Shown here: one piece after another, positions 52,872 through 64,000 of the stretch | Position numbering within the stretch: position 1 is the stretch's first letter | Layout: every line of letters begins with the position of its first letter | Source of the DNA: Dictyostelium discoideum | Taxonomy: Eukaryota | Reading direction: 5' to 3' | DNA length: 64,000 bases | Assembly (NCBI GenBank): GCA_000004695.1 | Contig: CM000150.2 | Span: 3,648,001 to 3,712,000, forward strand | Translations under genes and position numbers: made by a program | The notes under the pieces: model-generated | Told to the model about the DNA's origin: nothing | Seen by the model: only the letters and a program-made list of their open reading frames with translations | The model's database searches: none

Positions 52872-53813
52872 CCAAATAATAATAATCCAAATAATAATAA
52901 TCTAAATAATAATTTAATTAGAAATGAATTAATTAAATTTATAAAATTATTTATAGTTGATGAATTATTATCAGAATATTTATTATTTCATTTAATATCA
53001 AAAGTTTATTCATTTACATCAGGATTATCTATTGGTAATTTTTCAATGAATATATCAATACCAAATGATAAAGAATTTCAAAGATTACCACAACTCATTG
53101 AATTATTATATGAAATATTATTAGCACGTTCTTATAGATTCTCAATGTCATTAGAGAATTTAAATGATATGGATGTTGTGCCCTATAAAGATTATGATCG
53201 TAATAGAATCGTATCTGGTTTATTACAATTACCAAAAGGTACAAATTTAATATTGGATGAAACTCAATTAACAGAGGGTAAAGTTGAATCACAAGGTATT
53301 AAAGTATTGAATGCTTTAAATACTTTATCAATTCAACAAAAGGTTGAATACGATTTCAAATATCATCCAATCGAAATTCAAACTGATTTACCAACCATTT
53401 CAATCTCTTTTGGCAAATCTTTAATTAAAGGTACAACTCAAATTTCAATTAATAAATCAATTCAATTACCAACCATCAATGAAATTAATCAACAATTGAT
53501 TCATAGTTATAATAATGATAAATTAAATCAATTTAGAAATTATATAAATCATTGTAAAAATTTATCTTTTAAAATCTCTTCACCAACCACTACTACTATT
53601 GCTGAATCTGATGATGCAACTCGTCATATTCAAGAAGATTTTGTAAAATCAAGACAATTAGATTCAAAAATGACTACAGATGTATTTCATTATTGGTTAA
53701 CATTATCAAGATTAGTTGCTTTATCTTTTAATGATCAATATATTAAAATTGATAAATGGAATATAATGAAATCACTTGAAGAAAAAAGAAAATTAACAAT
53801 AAATAATTTATAA
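51523..53813 (+). CDS. MCM-binding protein (MCMBP) homolog; exons 51523..51834 and 51966..53813
   Basis: Exon 1 contains KLVKIRCMIQDIFDPQF (compare human FVKFRCMIQDMFDPEFY), with a GTATGG donor at 51835 and a tatag acceptor at 51965. Exon 2 begins RLEASKYKDKINLNDCEELIFDSFDSSTFDKTILYCIPIPCENKWV (compare …FYCVPVPGESTWV). The C-terminal region (…DVFHYWLTLSRLVALSFNDQYIKIDKWNIMKSLEEKRK) is conserved. There is an (AAT)n poly-N insert. Confidence 0.82.
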
Positions 53814-53970
53814 TAATAAATTTTTGAAAAAAAATAAAAGATAAAAACATTTCAAATGTTATTATTTATTAATATTTAAGTTTTTTAGTTTTTGGTTTGG
53901 TTTTATTATCATATTCGTTATGATTTTTTTTATTTATTTTTTTTTTTATTTCTTTTTTTATTTTTTATTA

Positions 53971-55348
53971 TTAAATAGAAGTAATAGCAGTAGTTGAGTT
54001 ATCTAAATCAACATCTTGTTCACTTTGTAATTCATCTTGTTGAGATTCATCTTGATCATCATTATTATCATCATCTTCTTCATAGTATTCTTCATCAGAT
54101 TCACCAAATCTAATAGTACCATCTTCTTCTGCAATGAAACCCATTGATAATTTTTTGGTAACTTTTAATTTTGGTTCAACTGGTGGTAAACTATAATATT
54201 GTTTTGGTTTTTCTGGTTCTTTTTCTTCAACAATTGGTACTTTTTCTTTTTCTTTTTCTTCTTGTTGTTGTTTTTCTTTTTCTTTTTCTTTTTCTTTTTC
54301 TTTTTCTTCTTTCTCTTGTTGTTGTTGTTTTAATTCTTGTTGTTTTAATTCTTGTTGTTTTAATTCTTGTTGTTTTAATTCTTGTTGTTTTTCTTCAGTG
54401 ACTTCTTGTTTAACAATTGGAACTCCGGTTGAAGAAGATTCATCATTCTTTTCTTTTTTATCAGAATCAGATTCTTTTAATTTTTGTTGTTTAGAGATTG
54501 AAAGTGAAGTTGAAGTATGATTCATAATATTTGAAGGGTTAAGAGAAATATTTTCTAAAGAGGAATAAATCGATGGAAGAGTTAATTTATCGAAACCTAA
54601 TGGTGTTGATGGACTTGATGGTGTTTTATCAAACATTCTAAATGTTTTTGATGGAGTGGATGGTTGATGAAAAAATGCTGAAATTGGTGATGGTTCTGAC
54701 ATATTTGAAGAGTTATTATTATTATTATTACTACTATTGTTGTTATTATTATTATTATTATTATTTACAGTATTGTCATTATCAGCACTAATATTGTTAT
54801 TGCTATTGTTGTTGGTGTTGGTATTATTTACATTTTTATTAAATCTTAAAACAACTTTACCAGATGAAATGGTAATTTGTGGTGAATCAGGTGGTTGATG
54901 TAATGAATCATTACCTAATTCAGTACCCATTGGTGATGGGAATGGTAACATTGGTGAGTGATATAATTTAAGATCTTGAATTGGACTTGCTGGGAAATGG
55001 TTGGATGGAAATAATACATTACTGCTACTTGCAACAGCTGGTGTTGAACCAGAATTTGATGAACTAGTTGTTGTAGTTGTTGTGGTAGTGGTTGTAGTTG
55101 TAGTTGTGGTTGTTGGTGTATGTGGTGTTTGAGTTGATGATGATGATGTAGTATTACCAGAAAGTTGTGATGGAGTATGTGGTACGAAATCAACTTGTGC
55201 TGGACTATCAGCTTCATGGAAAGCTTGCTTTGGTGTTGAGAAATAAAGTGGTGGTGTACCATGTTGATGAATATTCATTAATGGATGATTATGAATTGAT
55301 GAGAATGATGCTGGTGATGTGACACTATGATTATTCTTATTATTATTA

Positions 55349-55380
<32 letters not shown>

Positions 55381-55586
55381 CTTTGAATCATCCTCATTGT
55401 CATCATCATCATCATCTTCACCTTCGTCATTGCTATTACCATTATCAGCGATTTGATTGGTATGATAATTTGGATAATTATTGTTATTAGAGTCAGCAAC
55501 TTCATATTCTACTTGAATTTCATCACTATTACTATCAGCTGGATTAGAATTTTCATCATCTTCATCATTACCCATTGATTGATCAC

Positions 55587-55638
<52 letters not shown>

Positions 55639-56077
55639 GTTATTATTATTATTATTGTTATTATTATTATTGTTATTATTATTACTATTATTATTATTAT
55701 TATTATTTTCATGGAATTGTGAAAATGGTAAATTTGGTGATTTGAAAGTTGTCTTTGGACTTTGTGGAACCTTATTATTTGCTAAAATTACTGGTGTTGT
55801 AGTTAATTTCTTTTTATTATTTTTATCTTCTTGTTGTTGTTGTTGATTTTGTGGTGGTTGTTGATTTTGTTGTTGTGGTTGATGTTGTTGTTGTTGGTTT
55901 TGTGGTTGATGTTGTTGTGGTTGTTGATTTTGTTGTTGTGGTGGATATTTAACTTCATTACTATTATTATTATTATTATTATTATTGTTGTTATTATTAT
56001 TATTATTATTATTCATATTCATATTCATATTATTATTGTTATTATTATTGTTATTATTATTATTATTATTATTGTTA

Positions 56078-56115
<38 letters not shown>

Positions 56116-56915
56116 GTTGTTATTATTATTATTATTATTATTATCAAAATTATTATTTAAATTATTATTATTATTATTAATTAATTGAATATCATCGGAT
56201 TGATCAGATTTCTTAGAATTTCTTTTCTTTTTTACATAACCATCTTCAAATTTATGAATATTTCTTTTGTGTTCATTAAGATCGGATAATTGAACGAAAC
56301 GGCTATCACAATCAGCATAATCACAATGGAATGGTTTTTCACCGGTATGTTTATAACGAATGTGATGAATTAAGTTGTATGCACTTTTTAATGGTTTATC
56401 GGCACGGTTACATCCAACCCATTCACAATAGGATTCACTCTTTTTACCTCTTTGTTTCTTTACATGATCAGCGATATGTTCGCCCAAGTCTGATAACTTT
56501 TCAAAGATAGCTCCTAAATTGCAATCACTCCATTTACATTCGAATGGTCCTGGAGGATCTGATGATTTTCTTTTACGTGGTTTTCTATTTACAGTTGTTA
56601 TTTGTTGTGATTGTTGTGATTGTTGAATATCAGTAGTATTTTGTTGTTGTTGTAGTTGTTGTTTTGATGGTGATGATGGTGCATTTGTAGTAGGAGTGGT
56701 GGTAGTAGTTGTAGTAGTTGTAATTGGTTTATTAATATTAGTTGGTTTAGTATCTTCATTCTTTTTACTTTTACTAGTTCTTTTGACTGGCTTCTCTGGT
56801 ACAGCTTGTGATGAAAGTGGTGGTGGTAATTGTGGTTGTGATTGATCACCAAAAATATTTGATGGAGATGGTGATGAATCAACATCACTGCTACTCATAT
56901 ATTCTTGGTCAATAT

Positions 56916-56960
<45 letters not shown>

Positions 56961-57320
56961 GCATGTTATGCATATTATGTTGTTGTTGTTGTTGGTGGTG
57001 GTGATTATGATTATTATGATTATGTTGTTGTTGATCATTATACAATTTTTGTTTCTTATATAGTCTATCATCACCTACTAAAGAAGTAGTATTATTAGAA
57101 ATATTAGATGATTTTGACTTTTGGGATGTTGAATCCCAATATTGGTCAAAATCATCACTAAAGAAACTATTTGGAGTACCATTATTATTAACACTATCAT
57201 TATTATTATTATTAACTTTATTCATCATATTTGGATTCGATGTCATCTCTTTAAATAAATGAGAATAAATCGATTCATCAACAGATTTAATAAAACTATT
57301 ATTATTATTATTATTACTAC

Positions 57321-57372
<52 letters not shown>

Positions 57373-58047
57373 GCCGATTGGTGGTTGTGTTTTAATTGGT
57401 ACATTTATCTTCTTTCTTCTAGAGAGAGTTCTATTGTTACTAACTAAAGATTACCCAAGAGAAACAAAGAGAGGAAAGAGAGGGGAGAGAGGAGGGAGAG
57501 AAAGCCAAAAGGTAAAGATACATAGCAAAGAGAGGGGGAATGGGAAAGCAGCAAGAAGAAGCAAGTACAAACAAAGAGAGGATGAAAAATAAATAAAAAA
57601 TAAATAAATAAAAAAGAAAAGTTAGAATTTGTATATAAAATAAAATAAAATTTTCTTTCAAAAACTTACTTGGATCATATGGATCTAAAAGATGATTAAA
57701 TTTAATATGGCTTGTTAAACTTTGGAAATCTTTTAAAACAACACCACAGTAATCCCAATCACAAGTTGTAAAAGTACTACTTGTACCATTACTATTTCTA
57801 ATATTAATAGTTGGTTTATCCTTGAAATGATCATTTCTAAAATGAATCCAAAATTCAGAGATTGCATAGAAATTACATTCACAACCATTCCATTTACAAA
57901 CAATAGCTTGATGTGATTGTGATTCATCATTATTGTTATTATTATTATTATTATTATTATTTAAATTATGTGTATGATTATTAATACCATTACTATTATT
58001 TAAACTATGAATACTTAAACTACTATTATTGTTATTATTATTATTAC

Positions 58048-58084
<37 letters not shown>

Positions 58085-58852
58085 TAAATTATGAATACTC
58101 GATAATAAATGATGATTATTATGTGTATTATGATTATGATTGTGATTATGATTATGATTATGATTGTGATTGTAACTATTAATTAAATGTTGTATATTTT
58201 GTAAATTCATATGATTATTATGTGGTGTAGTTTGTGGTAAATGTATATGATGTAATTGTTGATTTAAATTTAAACCATTTAATGTAGAAGTGTTACCGAG
58301 TAATGATGACAAAGAGGTATTCAAATAAGATTGTTGTGGCAAGCTACTTTGTAAGGCGTACAAGAAATCTGGTTGTAATGTAATACTATTGGCATTTGGG
58401 TCTTGATCGAATCCAAATAAAAAACTTGGATTAGTAAATGCTGATCCACTACTACTAGTTGTTGATGGTGCATTACTAACTGTGGTGTTACTATTTGTAT
58501 TATTATTATTTGTATTATTATTATTGGTATTATTATTATTATTATCAACTACATTATGTGAAATTATACCACCTAATGTATCAATTAAATGATTTTGATA
58601 ATGTGGTGATGGTATTGAATTTATTTGTTGTTGTAATGATTGTTGTTGTTGTACTGGTGGTTGTGGTGGTAATGATTGTTGTTGTTGTATTGATTGTTGT
58701 TGTTGTGCTTGTTGTTGTTGTTTTGTATTTGATAATGCCATTAATAATTGATCGAGACCAACACCAATGGCACCAGCAATCTTATTTAAAGAATTTATTG
58801 ATGAAGAAGATAAGCTTAGACTATTTACATTATTAATTGAGCTAGTAGTCAT
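53971..58852 (-). CDS. Large (about 1550 aa) GLI/ZIC-like C2H2 zinc-finger protein with extensive N/Q/T-rich low complexity; exons 58852..57670 and 57443..53971
   Basis: The upstream ORF (ATG at 58852) carries fingers AIVCKWNGCECNFYAISEFWIHFRNDHF…TCDWDYCGVVLKDFQSLTSHIKFNHL and ends DPYDP at an A|GTAAGT donor (57669). After a 226-nt intron, the acceptor tctttag|TT at 57444-57445 opens a frame that runs without Met or stop into the 1091-aa ORF. That ORF has a second finger cluster FECKWSDCNLGAIFEKLSDLGEHIADHV…YCEWVGCNRADKPLKSAYNLIHHIRYKHTGEKPFHCDYADCDSRFVQLSDLNEHKRNIH. Phase 1 is consistent (4656 nt). Confidence 0.72.
57451..57590. repeat. Purine-rich GA/GAA/GGA tract (CT-rich on the coding minus strand) inside the zinc-finger gene intron
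   Basis: aagagaaacaaagagaggaaagagaggggagagaggagggagagaaagccaaaaggtaaagatacatagcaaagagagggggaatgggaaagcagcaagaagaagcaagtacaaacaaagagagg is roughly 45% G. This is highly atypical for this genome and for its introns, which are normally >90% A+T. Confidence 0.8.
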
Positions 58853-59966
58853 ATTTATATTACTACTATCAAAGTTTGAATTATTTATAGGTGAATGATT
58901 ATTATTAGAAGCCGTGGTTGATTTTTTAGAATCTAATTTAATATCATCTAAAAAAAAAAAATATATATATAAAAATAATAATAATAATGATTTAATAAAA
59001 TTTAAAAATAATTAATTAATTGATTGATTGATTATAAAAAAAAAAAATTTAAAATTAAAAAAAAAAAAAAAAAAGTAAAGTTAAAAATAAATAAATTAAT
59101 TTATGAAGATGTAATATTTTCGATATTTTAAGAATGTTTATTATAAAAAAAAAAAAAAAAATTAAAAAAAAAAAATAATAAATTAAAAAAAATAATAAAA
59201 TGTTTAATTATTTAAAAAAAAAAAAAAAAATTTTAAATTTAATGCTATAAATAAATTTTATATGTTTATATGGTGTTATGCTATTTATTATGTTGAAGTC
59301 TTTTAATCAAAATGATTTATTTTTTTTTTTTGGTTGTTTAATTTTCTTGTTGAGTTTTTTTGTCGTTGAAAAAAATGAATCTACTTACCGCTATTATTAT
59401 TATTATCGCCCAGGGAATTCATATTAACAAAAATAATTATTTTTAAATTTATGTGGGTTGTTTTTAAAATAATTTTTTAATTTTTTTTTTTTTTTTTAAT
59501 TTTTTTTTTTTTTTTTTTTTTTTTCCTTTTATGGCTATCTCTTATTTTACAAAAAGACATCAACCTAATATAGACATAATGGGGGTTTTTTGTTTTTGTT
59601 TTTTTTATTTTTAATTTTTTTTTTTTTTTTTTTTTTTGTTTTTTTTCTTTTTATGTATGAAGAATCGATTAAATTTATTGAGTGAAAACAAAATTTTTTA
59701 TGATCGGCTTTCTAATAATAAAAAAACAAAAAAAAATATCATGTCGGTTTGCACAAAAAAAAAATTAAAAAAAAAAAAAAATTAAAAAAAAATTAAATTT
59801 AATTTTTAAAAAATTAAAAAAAAAATAAATTTAATTAAAATCGAATCCAACTTACTCATGCGACCAGGTTAAACAAGAATTTTGGTGTGCGAATAATTGT
59901 TTTTTTTTTTTTTTTGTTGTTGAAATATTTCAACAACACTAATATGAAATAGAAGAATGGTTGAAA

Positions 59967-60012
<46 letters not shown>

Positions 60013-62386
60013 AACAAAAAAATTTAATAAAAATAATAAAAATAAAAAAAAAATTATTAAAGATATTTTTAGAAAATAATCAATTTTTTTTTTTGTTTTT
60101 TTTTTTTGTTTTTTTTTTTAATTTTTTCTAAACATGTACAAAAAATTAATTTTAATTTTTTTTTAATTTTTAATTTTTTTTTTTTTTTAATTTTTTTTTT
60201 TCAATTTTTTTTATTCAACCCTATTAAAACCAGGAAAAGAAGATGGTTGAGAGAGAGTCAAAAAAAAAAAAAAAAAATTAAAAATTGAAAAAAAAAAATT
60301 GAATAGCCCACAATTGTTAAATAATTGGATGGGTATAAGTTATAATTTATTAAAAAGAAAAATTTATTTATTGTTTTTTTTTTTTTTTTTTTTAGTTGAT
60401 ATTTTATTATATTTTTTGTTAATGTTGAAAATATAATAATCAAATCAAAAAATAATAATCAAATCGTATTATAATAATAATTATTAAAATTCGTGCACAA
60501 CAAAGAGAATCTTAGATATTTCTTTGTGTTGTTTAATATTTTAATAGTTTATTATAATTATGTATTTTTGGATTTTTTTTTTTTTTTTTTTTACTAATTT
60601 TTTAAGTGAATTCACTTTTCTGTATAGCCATAATGTTGTCATTATGTCAATGAGCCTGTCAAACAAGAAAAAGAAAACCTTTTTTATTTGATGGTCTGAA
60701 TCTCTGTGGTTGATTCTAAAAAACTATCTAAAATTTAAACTAAAAAAAATGATTTTTTCATTTTTTTTTTTTTGACCAGGAAAACTGGAAAATTTTAACT
60801 TTTTTGTTTTTTTTTTTTTTTTTGTTTTTTTTTTTGTTTTTTTTTCAGTCAAAAATTGAACATAATTTTTTAAAAATCCTGTTTAATAAACAGAGAAAAA
60901 CAGGGCCAGTATTTAATTAAACTGGCCAAATAATTGATTATTTCAATTGAATTTTTACTTTGAATATTATTGTAATTTTGTTTAATTTTATTTTTTTTTA
61001 TTTTTTTCTTTTTTTTTTATTTTTTATTTTTTTTATTTTTTTTTCCTGAGGAGCCCCATACTACCAAAAATTTTATTATCATTATTTTTTTTTTCTAAAA
61101 AAATCAAATATATAAAATGTAATGTAATAATTATTTAAACCAGGTTTTTTTTTATTTTAATTTTTCCTGTTTTTTTTTTTTTTCATTTTTTTTTTTTTTA
61201 TTTATTATAATTGAATGTCTGAATTTTTGGTTTTGAATAAAAAAAAAACCAGTTTGATATTTCCAATTATAATAATCCTGTGAAAATATAGATATATTTT
61301 TTATTATTACTAATTTAACATTTTCTTTTATTTTTTTATTCCTTTTTTCTTTTTCTCCTTTTTTTTTTTTCTCACTTTATTTTTTATCTTTTTTTATCCT
61401 TTTTCTTTTTTTTTTTTTTTTTTTTTTTTTTCCTTTTTACTTTTATAGGTTCCAAAAAGTCTGAAAAGTATCCAACCAAAAAGGATCTCTTCAAAATACT
61501 AAATTTAAAATGATCTAGTTTGCTTTGATTCCTTTTTTCCATTGATTAATTCCTATATTATTCAATTGATTTCTCTAATTGTAAATAATGATCGGATACT
61601 ATATAATTTTCAAAAGGAATTATTGATTGTTTCCGATTCGTAGCCGAAATTTTCTCATTCGTATATGAAGCTACCCTGGTCATGTATTTCCTGACAAATT
61701 TTCTTACTTTTGTAAATCTTTTGATCTTGAATGGTTTGAATTATCAGAATAATTAGAATCAATCCTCCGATCTTTTTGAATATTTAAATTTATTTCTTTT
61801 TTGGTCGGTTATAAATGGTTTTATTTTAATTTTAATTATTATTTTTTTTCTTTTGTTTATTTAGTTTTTTATTTTTAAAAAAATAAAAATTAAATCAAAA
61901 TAAATAAAAGTATTATTTGTTTATTCAATTCAATATTCATAATAATAAAAAAGAAGATAAAAAATAAAAATAAATATTAAAAAAACAAAAAAAATTAAAA
62001 CAAAAATTTATTCTTTTTTTTTTATTAATAAAAAAAGTTTTATATTTATTTTTAAATGTAATTAAACAAATAAATAAAAATAAGTAAATATTTTAACCAT
62101 AGTTCTTAAAGCTTTTTGTCTTTTTTAAACAATTAATTCTATATAATTAATATTTTTAATTTTTAAATCCAAAAAAACTGAATAAAAAAAAGTTAAACAA
62201 ATTAATGGTTATTAAAAAAAAAAAAAAAAAAAAAATCCAATTGGGTAATAAAAAAAAAAAAATAATAATAAAAATCCAACAAATGGGATAACAAGAATTA
62301 GTTTTTTTTTTTTTTTTTGTTTAGAATAATTTTTTATTTTTATTTTTATTTTTTTTTATAAATTCGCCGATAAAATGATTTAATAT

Positions 62387-62746
62387 TTATAAATCCCAAG
62401 TGAATGAATGATATCTTGATATAAAAGAGTTTGGGGAACTTGGACATAGTTCGCATTTGCTGAAATTTTCTTTTAAAAGAATTCTCTCATTTTTTGAATA
62501 ATAGCTTTTAACACTTGAAATATAAGAATTTATGAGTGATCCTTTAAGCAAAGGTTCAAGACCATCTGTATTTGAGTAGATATTTTCAGTTTCCAAATGA
62601 CCTAGGGATGCCACTAAATTATTTGATTGAAAAAAATTATATTCTGTAAATAAAAAGTAATGGTTTGGAATTTCTATTTTGATTATTGGTTCCTCTTTGA
62701 CATAGGTCTCGAATTCGTTACTGTTGGTAATTTTATTAATTTGCAT
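62387..62746 (-). CDS. Hypothetical small protein (119 aa), no recognisable domain
   Basis: ATG-initiated (verified at 62746) and non-repetitive (…ENFSKCELCPSSPNSFISRYHSFTWDL). It is surrounded by AT-rich low-complexity DNA. It has no homolog I can name. Confidence 0.35.
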   Translation of the reverse strand: MQINKITNSNEFETYVKEEPIIKIEIPNHYFLFTEYNFFQSNNLVASLGHLETENIYSNTDGLEPLLKGSLINSYISSVKSYYSKNERILLKENFSKCELCPSSPNSFISRYHSFTWDL

Positions 62747-63595
62747 TGTTTATATTTTTTTTTTTTATTATTTTTTTTTTTTTTTTTATACCATTTTTTC
62801 CTAAGTTTGTGGTGTCAGTTTTTAGTGACTGACGATTCGGCTACTTTTTTTTTAAAGTGTCAGTCCACAAAAAAATGAAAAAATATAAAAAATAAAATGA
62901 AAAAAAAAAAATCTAAAAAAAAATCTAAAAAAAAAAACTATTGATAAAAAAATTAAAGTCAGACACTTTAAAAAAAAATTCAAAATACAGAATGATCACC
63001 TTCATTTTTTTAAATCATTTTCTATTTTCGAATGCTCTATTTTTGAAAACAAAATTCATATTAAAAATAAATAAAATTAAATCATTGTTAAAAAACATCT
63101 TAATATTCAAAGGTTTTGTTGAGAAAATAATAAAAAAAGCAAACTTTTTTTTTTTTTTTTTTTTATTTAATAAATTTGAATTTTCAATCAAATATATGGT
63201 AAATCAGAGATGGATTGGACCAACCAATTTTTTTATATTTATTTTTTTTTTATTTTTTATTTTTTTTCAAAAAAAAAACTATTAAAAAAAAAAAAAAAAA
63301 TAATAAAAAAAAAAAAAAAACTGATAACCAAAAAAAAAAAAAAAAAAATAAAAATAAAAAAAAATAAAAAATAAAAATAAAATAGTTAATTCTCCAATTT
63401 GATTTTATTCGACTTGTGGTTTAAGATATTTTCGCATTTAATTTTTTTACGACATGATCACGACCACTTTTAATTTTTTTCTTTTTTTTTTTTTTTTTTT
63501 AATTTTTAATTTTTAATTTTTATTTTTTTTTATTTTTTTTATTTTTTTATTTTTTTTTTTTTTGTTTTAAAATTTTTTAAAACAATCACATAATT

Positions 63596-63626
<31 letters not shown>

Positions 63627-63632
63627 TCAACA

Positions 63633-64000
63633 ACAATAAAAATGGAAGAAGTATTAAAATATTTTAGACGTATTTCATCAATTATTATACTTTTAGTTTC
63701 ATCAGTGTATGCAGCAACATTTTTAATGTTTCCTGTGATTGCATTGATTGAACCATTTTATAAAAAGTTAGCATTCAAATTACAAGCTAAAATCGCATCG
63801 GGATGGTTTAGATTGGTTTTATTTGTTTTCGAAGTTCTCAATGGTATAGAAATTAGATATTATGGTGAAGATGATATTCAAGAAGGGGAATCACTCATTA
63901 TGATGATGAATCATCCATCAGAAATTGATTGGTTATTCTCTTTTAGTATTGCACAAAGAAAGAAAGCTTTATCAAATATTAAGGTTTTATTGAAAAATGT
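63633..64000 (+). CDS. 5' part of a lysophospholipid/1-acylglycerol-3-phosphate acyltransferase (LPLAT/AGPAT family); continues beyond the window
   Basis: MEEVLKYFRRISSIIILLVSSVYAATFLMFPVIALIEPFYKK… (N-terminal TM helix) followed by the acyltransferase motif I NHPSEIDW (HX4D). Confidence 0.65.

Overview
This window is Dictyostelium-type (social amoeba) nuclear DNA. It is extremely AT-rich, with homopolymer and AAT/CAA microsatellite tracts inside and between genes, short AT-rich introns with GTAAGT/GTATGT donors, and poly-N/poly-Q coding runs. I can support about 30 protein-coding genes, most with 0-3 small introns. Those I recognise are the C-terminus of a MOSC-domain protein, major vault protein alpha, nuclear cap-binding protein CBP80, KIN17, a bacterial-type (probably mitochondrial) histidyl-tRNA synthetase, a calponin-homology protein, the acyl-CoA-binding protein AcbA (SDF-2 precursor), fructose-1,6-bisphosphatase, an SSSCA1/p27-family zinc-finger protein, RRP7, an ARL6IP4/SR-25-like RS protein, a C2-domain protein, an FSH1/OVCA2 serine hydrolase, a Pmp3/UPF0057 proteolipid, a VASt-domain protein, MCM-binding protein, a large GLI/ZIC-like C2H2 protein and the start of a lysophospholipid acyltransferase. 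The rest are hypothetical, several of them N/Q-rich. The most notable locus is a compact, inversely arranged cluster at 19.0-21.4 kb of small Gly/Cys-rich hssA/2C/7E-like secreted-type genes. Each shares an identical 13-nt first exon; one copy carries an in-frame TGA and another is a truncated relic. Other points of interest are an apparent GC-AG intron in acbA and a degraded partial acbA duplicate just downstream. A zinc-finger gene is assembled across an intron carrying a roughly 130-nt CT-rich tract that is atypical for this genome. There are two disrupted ORFs that are likely pseudogenes, a tandem pair of paralogous N/Q-rich coiled-coil genes, and a DUSE-like motif upstream of a candidate small ncRNA. 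No tRNA, rRNA or CRISPR features were seen. All splice coordinates were derived by hand and may be off by a base or so.
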